Shown here piece by piece: positions 11,886 through 24,620 of a stretch of 64,000 bases of DNA; the stretch's first letter is position 1, and every line of letters begins with the position of its first letter. The stretch lies in assembly GCA_964016885.1 (NCBI GenBank), contig OZ024742.1, forward strand, positions 362,204,001 to 362,268,000, written 5' to 3'. Source of the DNA: Eledone cirrhosa (Eukaryota). The notes under the pieces are model-generated. The model was given only the letters and a program-made list of their open reading frames with translations. It ran no database searches and was not told the origin of the DNA. A program made the position numbers and the translations under genes.

Positions 11886-14800
11886 ATGACCTCACTCAGA
11901 ATAGGCAGCATAAATGCGCGTGGCTTGGGGTCGTCATGGAAGCAGGGCCACCTGCTCAACGACCTCAGGTCACTAAACATAGATGTAGTGGCCATCAGCG
12001 AGACCAGAATCTCCGAAGCACAGGCTTTCGCACCGATCTTCGGCGGCTACGATGTGTACGCATCTCCCAGCCGTCCGGGATCGGGGGGAGGAGTTGCTGC
12101 GCTTTTTCGGAGAGGTTTGGATCTTGCCATACGGGCCATCTTCCTGGACCCAGAAGGTAAGTTGGTGGTGCTGGACGTGACCAGCACCACCAACGGGCAA
12201 GCTTTCAGGTTAGTGGCCGTCTATGCCTCGACAGGAGCAGGGCGGCCTGATTTCTTCCGGCGTCTGGAGACCTTTCTTGGAACATCCCGCTCTTTAGTGT
12301 TAGTGGGCCACTGGAACTGGATCTTAGATGCACGCTGGTATTGTGTGGGATTAGTGGATAGGGAAGGAGGGTGCAAGAGTCTCACTAACCTGCTCAGACG
12401 TTTTGAACTGTCTGACAGGTACCGAATGGATTTCCCGAATGTACCAATGTGGACTTGGACAAATCGCATAGGGTCATCCAGATCATATCTAGATAGAGTA
12501 TTTTGTAGGGAAATAGATAGGTCTAGCATAGGCTGTCCACAATTCAAGATAGTCAGCTACACGGACCACAAATTCGTGATCTGTGTGCTTGACTTAGATA
12601 GGCTTCATAGGCGAGGACCCGGCTACTGGAAGCTAAACGCGTCCTTACCAGCGCGCAAGGCCTACAGAGACCGGATTAGCGAACTAGTTAAGCGGGCGTT
12701 GACGGGGGCCATCGTCAACAACAAGTGGTGGTTTGCTCTGAAAAGAGCAATTAGAATAGAGTCCATTAGGTTTAGTAAGACTTTAGCAATAGAGAAAAAT
12801 AGAGCAGAGGGAGAATTAGTTAGAAAATTAGATGAGGCGCTTAGCAAAGGCATCGCGACCGACGTACTTGCGGCGAAATTGGCCCTTGACCAATTCTTCA
12901 ATGCAAAGCACGAAGGCTGCGTTGTCAGAGCTAGGGTGCGTGCTCTCAGACACGAGGGGACGAAAGCCGTTCAATGGGCCCGAGTGGCGGAGGCGCGTCG
13001 TGGCAACAAAGCCACGATCCGGTCTTTGGTGGAGCACGACGGGCGCATGCTACTCGATCCCGGGCAAATGTGTGAAGCTTTTCAGCGACACTTCGCCCAA
13101 CTGTTCGGGGGCAGTGGCGGACCGGATCGAGGGATGGACTTTAGTGTCTACCTCGACGAACTGCCGCGGCTTTCGGCCACTGAGGCGGAGTGTTGCGAAA
13201 AGCCGATAACAACCGCTGAAGTACGGGATGCAATGACTAGTTGCACAAGGGGTAAATCGCCTGGTTTGGTTGGTCTGCCCTATGAACTTTACGTACAAAT
13301 GCCAAACTTGTTCGGAGGCCTCTTGGCGGACGTCTACTGCAACTGGCAACAGAACGGGAGAATTCCCAGCTCTGTGAGCCGAGGAGCGGTGGCGCTGCTG
13401 AGAAAGGATCCGAACAAGGGGGATAACATAGATAATTTTAGGCCCATAACTCTGCTAAACACAGAGTTCAAGATTTTGGCCAAGGTGCTAGCAAAGAGGT
13501 TGGCGCTTGTCGTTGGTGGTCTGGTGGGAGAGGCACAGACATGCGCCATTCCCGACAGATCCATCCACGACAACCTCCACCTCATACGATACATCGTAGA
13601 GAGGGTAGCTAGGGAACCTGGTACGGGTGGGTCTTTAATCAATTTAGATCAGTCGAAAGCCTTCGATAGGGTCGACCATCGTTACCTAGCGGCAGTCCTG
13701 AGGGCGGCTGGCTTTGGGCCCGTCTTCAGAGGCTGGATCGCTGCCATGCACAGCGACATCTGCTCTGTAGTGAGAGTGAACGGTCACCTTTCGGAACCGT
13801 TCAACATCATGCGCTCGGTCCGCCAAGGATGTCCCCTCTCGTCCCTATTGTAGGTATTGACTCTCGAGCCCTTACTGCACAAACTGGTACGTTGAGGGGG
13901 GTCCCGCGCGAACTAGGATGCGGAAGATCTGTGTCAGCATATGCGGATGATGTCACCGTAGTGGTGTCGAACGCCAAACACATCGAGGCGATCGGCACTA
14001 CACTAAGAGAATACGAAACGGTGACAGGAGCAATGATCAACCAGGAAAAGTCAGTGGGCCTGCAGCTCGGCACCTGGAGAAGCAGGTCCATGCCGTCCAA
14101 CAGCGTCGTCGGGCGCTGGACGGACGGACCGGTTAAATTGCTAGGGGTCTGGTTCGGTCCAGACCTCCAGACGGACAAAAACTGGGACGAGGTGACGAGC
14201 AGGGTGGCTTCTCTCACCCAGAAATGGGCCGAGAGGAAGCTATCCCTGAAAGGTCGAGCGGAGGTGGCTAACGCGTACATCGCGTCCGTCATCTACTACC
14301 GCCTGACCGTCGTACCTTGTCCTAAGCCCCGCCTGACTGCGCTGGAGCGTTTGCTCTTTCGCTTCTTGTAGAAGGGACGCGCTCCGATGGTCAGGCGGTC
14401 CATCTGCTGTCAACACCCGCTACGTGGAGGGCTGGGCATGCCGTGGCTGATGATGCGCAGACACGCACTCAGGCTACGACATCTCCACCTCTTCCTCGAC
14501 GGTGATCAGGTGTGGTCGCCGTTTGCTAGACACGTTTTTCCCCAGCTCGTCTCCTTGACGGAGCTGCAGTCCTGGGTCAAGCGAAGACCGAGAGGGAGCG
14601 CTTGGAGACTGGAATGTCTTCAGGCGCTCACAGCCCTCGGCCAATCGGGCAATGTGAACGGTGGAAACTCCACCTTGGCGTTCTATAGGGGATTAGTGGA
14701 GGTGAAGAGCGACGACGTACTTGGAGAAACTCTAGGCGTCGACGAAAATCAACTAGCCAATCTCTTCGGAAGGACTTTCGGGCCGGGGCCTATGGACAAC

Positions 14801-15307
14801 TTCCAGAAATCCCTGGCCTGGCAGTGCTACCGGGGTGCTTTGCCAGTTCGGGATAAACTTTACAGGCATGGAGGTGCCGTCAGCCGGGCATGTCCGAGAT
14901 GCGCACAGGGCGACGAAACCGTCCTGCACGCACTCGTCCAGTGTCCGAGCATTGCTGACTTGTGGGTTTATGTCGAACACCTGCTGTCACGTGTAGGACG
15001 GATCCAGCTATCAGCTGAGTCCATCGTGAGGATTGCCCCGCCCTCTTCCTTTAGCTGGGAAGGGCAGGCAGTTTTTATCTGTCTGGTGGCCATGGCGAAA
15101 GAGATAGTATGGTGGACACGTTTGAAAGGGCTGAAGACGAGCACTTACCTCTTCGGTGATGCCCTGATTAACTTTTTCAAATTTCATCTGAAAAGGAAAA
15201 TCAGGGTAGAGATGGAAGTGCTCTCTTCCCAGCATTTTGTTGAATGATGGGTGAGAGAAGCAAGTATGGCCCGAATGAATGGGCCTTCTCTGAGTATGTG
15301 TCTGTAA
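11886..15307 (+). pseudogene. Tx1 copy 2 ORF2 (APE-RT-zinc finger), disrupted
   Basis: 655-aa APE+RT ORF, then YADD in 13829-14371 and CPRCAQGDETVLHALVQC in 14387-15247. Frameshift near 13850, stops at 14371 and 15247. Confidence 0.9.
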
Positions 15308-15847
15308 ATTAAAGGTGGAAAACTGGGAGAGGGCACTTGCCCTGGTGGTCAGGGCCACTGTGGTCTTTTAATGGGCTTTCTCCACAAATGTCCCTCGGAA
15401 GTCTCCCCCCTATTGGGGAATTTTTCTTTGTTATTTTATTTCATCCTCTGTTTTTTTTTACACGCAGAAATGCCCATTTGTACCGTCCTGTATTGTCCTG
15501 TACTGTCCTTAATGTCTACTTCATGTAAACCCTTGTGGTTAATAAAGAAAACATTATCATTATTATTATTATTATTATTACTTTTATATTCTCTCCTTTC
15601 TCAGAACAATCTAACTTGAAACTCATTTCATCAATAATTTAATTTATGTTGAGAGACGATTTGAAATATCTGGTACATGCTTAACACACACAACTATATA
15701 TACATACACACATAGATGCATACACATTTACACACACATATAGACATACACATATATACATGCACACACATATACATATATACATACATACATAAATAAA
15801 TACATACATATATATATGTATATATATATATATGTATACATATATAT

Positions 15848-16366
15848 GGTGGCTGCCAACTCGTTTTCGAGTACGGCCACTACTTTATATCCATGTAGGA
15901 GAACTCCTACCGATGCGCTGAACGAGTGTGACTTTTTAGTCCAGCCAGCGACTTGAAAACTCTGGTACAAACACTACACTTGTGACAATTATTGTACCAT
16001 GTTACGACAAGTGCAGAGAGATCTCAAGATATAAAGCAATGCCTGTACCGTGAAGCTTTTATAGTGAGCAAAGCCACTGCACGAAGCCAGTCCCACTCTC
16101 TTAACCAAGATGATATTTACAAAAAAAGAAGAACAAGTCAACATGATTGGATACCATCAGGGTTGCAGGTGTTATATCAGAGTTTTCCTTCTCCTAGAAT
16201 TCTGCCTTGACAACGGCTAAGGGGTTATCTCTCCCGGTGATTTTGGATGGCCATTGACTCTTAAGAGCTCCATTGCCCTTTGGCAGGTTTTGCTTTTAGT
16301 CCTGCAGGATATCCAAAGTCACCCTCCTCACCAAGAAACCTTGGTGGGGTTGCCAGTTTAGTCGCT
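15848..16366 (-). mobile_element. Non-autonomous retroelement, probably RTE-derived (5'UTR + 3' tail), copy 1
   Basis: Near-collinear with 61172-61735. Minus strand ends ctcgaaaacgagttggcagcca. Non-coding. Confidence 0.6.
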
Positions 16367-16412
16367 TATATATACATATATATATGTATATATATATACA
16401 TGTATATATACA

Positions 16413-16481
<69 letters not shown>

Positions 16482-16487
<6 letters not shown>

Positions 16488-16870
16488 AAATAAAATTAAA
16501 GTCAAATGATTAAAATTTAGCTTCGTTTATTACTGCTATATATATTTCAGTGACAGCCATCTTTGGCTGTGACCTCTTCAGGCAGTTTGAATTAGTATGG
16601 TATAGACAAGTACATACGTTGTTGAGGTGTATAATATTGTCAATACTCTGATATACCATACTAATTTAAACTGCCTGAAGAGGTCACTGCCAAAGATGGC
16701 TGTCACTGAAATATATATAGCAGTAATAAACGAAGTTAAATTTTAATCATTTGACTTTATTTAACTTTATTTTACACTACTCCAGAGTAACCAAACCAAC
16801 CTGCGCACTTCGTCGAGTGCTCCAGCTGCATACTGAGGTGTTAGTATACAACCAACATAAACTCAAAATC
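16482..16870. mobile_element. HHR family H1 fold-back element (Penelope pLTR-like)
   Basis: Inverted arms about 16499-16604 and 16652-16758. HHR at 16670-16724(+): ACTGC CTGAAGA ggtcac-gcc/ggc-gtcact GAAA TATATA TA GCAGT, mirrored at 16532-16586(-). Flanked by (TA)n. Confidence 0.75.
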
Positions 16871-16888
16871 TCTCTCTCTATATATATA

Positions 16889-17255
16889 TTAGTAAAAAGG
16901 AAAAGAAAATGCTGACAAATTTTTCCCAGTGAAAAATAGTTTAATTAGGAAAAAGTATAAATTAGTAATAAGTATTAGTTAGTATTCAGTTTTAGTTTTA
17001 AGTTTTTACCGGTTGCGCATTTCTTAGAGTGCTCTTGATTTTTGCTCTAATCTGATTAGAGGAAAATCACGAGCACTCTATCTCAAAATTATTTTTGAAA
17101 AGCATAAGAAATGCGCAACCGGTAAAAACTTAAATCTAAAACTGAATACTAACTAATACTTATTACTAATTTATACTTATTCCTAATTAAACTATTTTTC
17201 ACATGGACAAATTTGTCAGCATTTTCTTTTTCTTTTTACTAATATATCACAACCT
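16889..17255. mobile_element. HHR-variant family H2 fold-back element
   Basis: Inverted arms about 16889-17025 and 17106-17243. 17092-17128(+): TTT TTGAAAA GCAT aagaa ATGC GCAA CCGG TA AAA. Confidence 0.65.
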
Positions 17256-17735
17256 CTTAGTACGGCTGATACTTAAATATAAGCACCGTATACCTTCCTG
17301 TCAGTTGATTGAACGTTTGAAAGTATATACTTTCCTTATGTATATTAACGGCTGAGCAGCCTAATTTGCATCGTTTTCGGTATGCCCGGCCGACTATCTC
17401 ACTCGATATGCAAATTAGGCTGCTCAGCCGTTAATATGTATAAGGAAAGTATATACTTTCAAACGTTCAATCAACTGACAGGAAGGTATACAGTGCTGAT
17501 GACAGCTAATAAGCTAGAAACTAGTTCATCGTTCCTTTGTCAGTGTTGAACAAGTTGGCAACGATTGTTGCCGAATACTGTACGGCTAATAATTCGGGCT
17601 GTTTGTTTACAAACAAACCGAGCATTATAATAAATATTCGGTAAACCCATATGTACATATATATATATGTGTACATGTATGTATATACATAGTACTGTAC
17701 GTCTGTATACATATATATATGTACGTGTACATACT
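17256..17735 (+). mobile_element. HHR family H3 (retrozyme-like) copy with inverted 5' segment
   Basis: 17491-17531: CAGTG CTGATGA C AGCT aata AGCT A GAAA CTAG TT CATCG. 17285-17371 is the reverse complement of about 17408-17496. Confidence 0.75.
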
Positions 17736-20700
17736 TATATATAAATGCAAGTTTACGATTCTGTGTGTCCGCCGAAAACTAGCAAACTACCGTACCAAAC
17801 TCCTCAAAATTACATGTACATATTCACTATACACTCGGACACGTAACGGTCGAAACAGTTTTACTTTGCAAATTAAGGAATTCATTTAAATTCAATTTAT
17901 CTTATTTTCTGATGAATATCAAAAGAGATCATCCATTTTGTTTTTTTTTATGTTCTCCAGTCTGTAGATAAGAGAGAGAGTAAGGGATGAGAGAGAAAGA
18001 GAGAAAGTGTGGGAGATGGGAGTGAGAGTAAGGGGATGAGAGATAAAGAGAGTGAGTGGATGGGAGAGACGGAGTAAGGGGTTGTGAGAGAGAATGAGAG
18101 TAAGGGATGAGAGAGACAGAGAGAGAGAGTGGGAGAGAAAGAGAGTAAGGGGATGTGAGTGAGAAAGAAAGAGAGTAAGGGGACGAGAGAGAAAGTCGAT
18201 GAAAGAGAGAGAGGGAAAGCTTCCAGCGTTGTTAACTTTTATTTATTTATTATTTTTACACACTTCTTAACTCTCCCAATGTTATTTATCTTTTATTTAT
18301 TTTTGTTCGTTATTCTGTAGAGGATGAGAGAGAGAGAAAGAAAGAGAGGAGATGAGAAAGAGAAAGGGAGTGAGGCGGATGGGGGAGAGAAAGACAATAA
18401 GAAAAGAGAAAAAATGGGAGAGAGAAAAAAGTAAAGAGGCAAGAGAGAGGGAGGGTGATTAGAGGGATTCTTTAACTAACGTGTGTCCGCGTTTATATAT
18501 ATATTTACACACACATATGTGTGTTATTGGGGGGGGGGGGCGTTCATTAGCAGACGATATATGTTACCATCAAAGCTTATTTTCTACATATGTCTAAAGA
18601 AATCACAGATGCTTTTATAGAAGTTGTATATATGTATTTAACTGACAAAAAAAAAACGGTATTTTAAAAGATATTATTTGAATATATTATTTTTTCCGCT
18701 GTTATTTGAATTAACACAGAAAATATTTTTTTTTGTAGTGTTTGTCGTCTTTTTTTTGGGGGGGGGGGGGGGGGGGGGGGTTTATAAAAAATGATAATTT
18801 CAGAATACAATCTGAAATCCCAATATTTTCTACATATGTCTAACATTAATTACACCTAATATACATTCATATAAAGAGATCATTTAAAACAACTTTACTG
18901 AGTGAACAATACATTCTATAGTTGTTTCTATTTTGGAAAGAGTGTAGTGTGTAATAATTGTTTCTACTTTTGGCACAAGGCCAGCAATTATTCCAGTGCA
19001 TTACTGGTATTTTATTTTATCGTGTAGTGTGTAATAATATCACTTCAAATGCCTAGAAAACGTTCCAGATGATTATATGGAAGGTCATCTTCAGAGGCTA
19101 AGAGAAAGAAAGCGATCTGAAGAAAGTGAAGAAGTTCGGCATATCCGTCTAGCTGCTAACTGAGCCCTAACAGCTTTAGCACGAGCACACCGTTTGGATG
19201 AAAGGGAACAAAGGACTGAAATTAAGGAACAGCAGCAAATCAGGCGAAATGCTAATCAAGCACATCGTTCTCCTGCCCGAGCAGGAGAACAAGCCACAAG
19301 TAAAATGAACGGGCTGATAGCTGCTTTTTCTTATGACACCCAAAAGGACTACAGCAGTAATCCACAAATCAACATTGGGAAAATGAACAAATGCTGCCAA
19401 TATTGTGGTGCCAAGAAGTGGGTAGCAGAAACACCAAGTCTATGCTGCTCAAAAGGCAAAGTGAGCCTTAAAACAATACAAGAACCTCCTGAATTTCTGA
19501 AGAATCTGCTCCTTCAGCATACACCAGAAGCACGACACTTCAATAAATACAACATAAAATATAATTCTGCCTTTCAAATGACATCTTTTGGGGCTGATAG
19601 GAATGTGACTGACTTTAGATTCTGTACAACTTATAAAATTCAGGGACAGTGTTACCACTTAATGGGTGGCCTTCTGCCACTTTCACAGGAGCCTCACAAA
19701 TTTGTGCAGGTTTACTTCATGGGTGGAAATGAAACACAGGCACAACAAAGATGTACCAATGTCCATGGTGGATTGCAGTTCTACATCGTCATAAAGTTAC
19801 AGGAAATGCTTCACCAACATCACATGTACGTCAGTGTATTTAAATATGCACTGGAGCATATGAACACTACCAGAGATCCAAAAATCCTCATTAGGGCGGA
19901 CAAACGCCCAGCTTCAGAACATGAACGCAGATTCAATGCACCTGTCACTGATGAAGTTGCAATCATAATGGTTGATGAACAGCATGAACGACGTGAGATT
20001 GCTTTGCAAAAATGAAGTGGACATTTGGAGCGAATTTGTGAAACTCATAGAGCCTATGATTCACTCCAATATCCGCTCATCTTTTGGAATGGTCAAGATG
20101 GATATCATTTTCAGCTACGGTAGAGGAGAAGATAAGACCAGATGATGTTGATAAGATCATTTCAGCAGAGTTGCCTGATAAAGGTGGTGATCCAGAGCTC
20201 TTTGAAACCATCAAGTCCAAACTCATTCATGGTCCATGTGGAGTCATCAATCCAGCCTCTCCATGCATGACAGATAAAAAATGCAGCAAACATCATCCTA
20301 GAGCTTTTATTCGGCAAACTCGGACTGACAATAATAGATACCCCCTTTATCGTAGGCCTAGACCAGAACATGGAGGCAATACTGCAAGCCTAACAGTTCG
20401 AGGAGAGGAGCTGACAATAAACAATCAGTGGGTCGTCCTACACAACAAATTGTTGTGTAAACTTTTAAAAGCTCATATCAATGTTGAGTATTGCAGCTCC
20501 GTCAAGCAATCCTATATGTCACAAAATATATCAACAAGGGCAGAGACATGGCTACCTTTATTACTGACAAAGAACTCAATAATGGTGGGCTGGATGAGGT
20601 GAAACGGTATCAAACAGGTCGATATATCTCCAGCAAAGAAGCTATCTGGCGAATCTTAGGATTTGATATCCACCAACGCCACCCAACAGTGGTCAACCTC

Positions 20701-22464
20701 GCAGTCCATCTGGAAAATGGACAGAGAGTGTACTTCACTGAGATCACTGCTCGTCAGTTGGCACAAGCATCACATGACACCACACTAGCTGCTTTCTTTA
20801 AACTCTGCCAGAATGATGAATTTGCTCGATCTCTCCTATTTGCTGAAGTCCCAACATACTACACCTGGAGCAATTGCAAGACCTGGAATCGAAGAAAGCA
20901 GGGTCATTTAGTGGAAGGTCAGGAAGTCTAGTCAAGTGATGCTATTGGGCGTGTTTACAATGTCCATCCCAACAACAGAGAATGTTTTTATTTACGGCTA
21001 CTTCTGCATACTGTTCGAGGACCAACGTCATTTGAGGATCTTAGGTGCTTCAGAGGAAGGGAGTGCGCAACATACCAAGAAGCATGCAAAGAGCATGGAC
21101 TCCTGCATGACAATGGACACTGGAAGAAGTGCCTAGAAGAAGCAGCAATCACTCAAGTAGCCAGTCAAATAAGACAATTATTTGGTATTATGGTCACAGC
21201 ATGTGGAAATGATGAAGCTCATCTACTCTGGCAGGAGTACAAAAACAATATGTCGGACAACTATCTACACCTAGCCCGAAGACAACATGGCAATATATAT
21301 ATGGAATATACCCCCAGGATTTACAATCAAGCTCTCTGTGACCTGTCCCATCGAGTTCAGGCAATGAATAGCACATTAGCTAACTGCGGGATGCCAGAGC
21401 CAGATGAAGAAATGGAGGTAGCACAAGACATTTTTCAGGAGACAAACTACGATATTCAAGCATTGCGTAAGTTTGTGGATTAAAATGAACCTCGATTGAT
21501 GAATGACCAGAAATACGCCTACCACATCATCGAAAACATTCAAAATGACAGGGGAGGACTTTTCTTCATCGATGCTCCTGCTGGCACAGGCAAGACATTC
21601 CTCATAAACCTCCTGCTTGCAAAAGTTCGGCAAAAGCAACACATTGCCCTTGCTGTGGCTTCAAGTGGCATTGCAACAACACTTCTGGATGGAGGAAGAA
21701 CTGCACACTCCATGTTTAAGCTGCCCATAGATCTCGCACGGCAGGAACAATCTTTTTAGCACCTAAAAATGTTGCTGTGAAAGAAATCAACAGAAGGCTG
21801 CTGGAGATGTTACCGGGAGAGAAAATATGCTATAAATCAGTTGACACAATCACTTCTCAAGACCATGTTGTAAACTATCCAACTGAATTTTTGAACAGTC
21901 TTGAACAAGCGGGAATTCCTCCACACAACCTGATACGAAGCTTGGAGCATCGGTTATGCTACTTCGCCATCTGGATCCTTGAAAACTATGTAATGGCACA
22001 AGACTCATCATCAAAACTATGATGTTCAATGTTTCAGAAGTTGCAATCATGCCAAGAAAATTTGCTGATGACAATTGTTTCATTCCCAGAAAACCTCTGA
22101 AGTCAACTGATTTGCCATTTGAATTTCAAAGACTTCAATTTCCGATCAGGCTCAGTTTTGCCATGACCATTAATAAATCTCAAGGGCAATCATTGAAAGT
22201 CTTTTCACATGGTCAACTCTATGTTGGCACAACAAAGGTTGGCAACCCTGATTGTCTCTTCATTGTGGCACCACAGGGCAAAACCAAGAATGTTGTTTAT
22301 CCAGAGGCTTTGGAATGAGCAATGTCGTAATTCCTCATTCAATGACAATACACACAGATCCTAATTCCTTAGTCATGTAGTTTGCAAGGAATTCTGAAGC
22401 CGCAAATTTACTGCATGGTGTTACTTTGGAAGAATATGCAGGCATTCCCGGGTACCTCTGCTAT
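17736..22464 (+). mobile_element. Helitron, internally deleted, with degenerate Rep-helicase
   Basis: 19049-22318 fragments: CQYCGAKKW..CCSKGKV, YNSAFQMTSFG, ISAELPD, HINVEYC, KYINKG, DAPAGTGKTFL (Walker A), QFPIRLSFAMTINKSQGQSL, FSHGQLYV, TKNVVYPEAL. Helitron-like 5' end near 17736 and a degenerate 3' hairpin/CTAT near 22441-22464 (ends less certain). Confidence 0.85.
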
Positions 22465-22759
22465 ATAAAGTAGTATAAGTGAGGACTTTGTTGGGTAGAA
22501 ATAGCAGCCAAATTTCCTTCAAATCCCACCATACTTTCTCAGGTATGTATGAAGCAAAAAGGTATGGTTCTATGTGATAACTCGATCTACTAGAAATATT
22601 AGCAAAATACATTTCAAATTACAAACAACTGTCTAACACACATACATGTGTGTGTATGTATCTATGTTTGTCATGTGAGCCACTATAACTGTTGGTAAGC
22701 TAATAGAAATAGAAAACAAATCACCCTCAAACAAGACCCTACTGCCATACCAGGCATTT

Positions 22760-22917
22760 ATTATAATGCTCGGTGTGTTTGTAAACAAACATCCCGAATT
22801 AGGCCGTACAGTGTCTAGCAACCATCGTTGCTCATTTGTTCAACACTAACAAAGGAACGCTGTACTAGTTTCAAGCTAATTAGCTATCGTCAGCAACGTA
22901 TACCTTCCTGCCAGATG
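22760..22917 (-). mobile_element. HHR family H3 fragment
   Basis: 22858-22898(-): CGTTG CTGACGA T AGCT aatt AGCT T GAAA CTAG TA CAGCG. Confidence 0.75.
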
Positions 22918-22954
22918 TACATATATATATACGTATATATATATATATGTGTGC

Positions 22955-23020
<66 letters not shown>

Positions 23021-23195
23021 TAGGTAAAAGATTATCCAAGATGAAGTGATGGTTAATTACTACACTGGATATGGTTGACGTACGGTAAGAGGTTACTCTA
23101 CGAGTTATGGAAGAATAGGCTGCAGTACCACCGTGGAAACACTTGTAAGCACACGGATTAAACTACCTTTTTATGATGTCTACCTGTTATTATTC

Positions 23196-23224
<29 letters not shown>

Positions 23225-23230
<6 letters not shown>

Positions 23231-23642
23231 CTACTGTACGTCTGTATACATATATGTGTGTACGTATACATACTTATATTTAAGTAACAGCCGTACTAAG
23301 AGTGAGAAATGAAATTTCGTTTCATTTTTTCCGTTTATCGTTTTCGGTAACCCGGCCGATTAATTCACTCGATATGCAAATTAGGCTGCTCATCCGTTAA
23401 TATGCTTAAGAAAATTATTTATTTCAGACATTCAACCATCTGGCAGGAAGGTATACGTTGCTGACGATAGCTAATAAGCTTGAAACTAGTACAGCGTTCC
23501 TTTGTCAGTGTTGAACAAATGAGCAACGATGGTTGCTAGACACTGTACGGTTTAATTCGGGATGTTTGTTTACAAACACACCGAGCATTATAATAAATGT
23601 TCGGTGAATCCATACGTACATATATATATGTGTGCATGTATG

Positions 23643-23694
<52 letters not shown>

Positions 23695-24168
23695 CTACTG
23701 TACGTCTGTATACATATATGTGTGTACGTATACATATTTATATTTAAGTAACAGGCGTACTAAGTGTGAGAAATGAAATTTCGTTTCATTTTTTCTGTTT
23801 ATCGTTTTCGATACCCGGCCGATTAACTCACTCGATATGCAAATTAGGCTGCCCAGCCGTTAATATGCTTAAGAAAAGTATATACTTTCAGACGTTCAAC
23901 CATCTGGCAGGAAGGTATATGTTGCTGACGATAGCTGATAAGCTTGAAACTATTACAGCGTTCCTTTGTCAGTGTTGAACAAATGACCAACGATGGTTGC
24001 TAGACACTGTACGATTTAATTCGGGATGTTTGTTTACAAACACACCGAGCATTATAATAAATGTTCGGTGAATCCATACATACATATATATATGTGTGCA
24101 TGTATGTATATATATATATATACATACTACTGTACGTCTGTATACATATATCTGTGTACGTATACATA

Positions 24169-24208
<40 letters not shown>

Positions 24209-24339
24209 TTGTAATATAATGAAACGAAATTTCATTTCTCACTCTTAGTACGGCACTTACTTAAATGTAAGTATGTATGTATACGTACATACATATATGT
24301 ATACGTACATACATATATGTATACATACGTACAGTAGCA

Positions 24340-24379
<40 letters not shown>

Positions 24380-24510
24380 CAGGTACACATATATATATGT
24401 ACGTATCAGTTTAGCGAACGTTTATTATAACGCCCGCTTTGTCCGTTTGTAAACAAGCGAACAGCCTGATTTATGTCATACGGTGCTAAGGCAACCACGT
24501 CACCTTATAT
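23225..24510 (+). mobile_element. HHR family H3 tandem array (about 2.2 units, 464 nt spacing) plus diverged inverted piece
   Basis: HHRs at 23456-23496 and 23920-23960. 24215-24510 is a diverged reverse-complement partial unit. Confidence 0.8.
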
Positions 24511-24527
24511 ATATACATACATACTTA

Positions 24528-24616
<89 letters not shown>

Positions 24617-24620
<4 letters not shown>

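Larger units (their letters stand above)
9662..15552 (+). mobile_element. Full-length Tx1/L1-clade LINE, copy 2
   Basis: Same 5' start as copy 1. Ends aataaagaaaac followed by (TTA)n at about 15553-15580. Confidence 0.9.
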
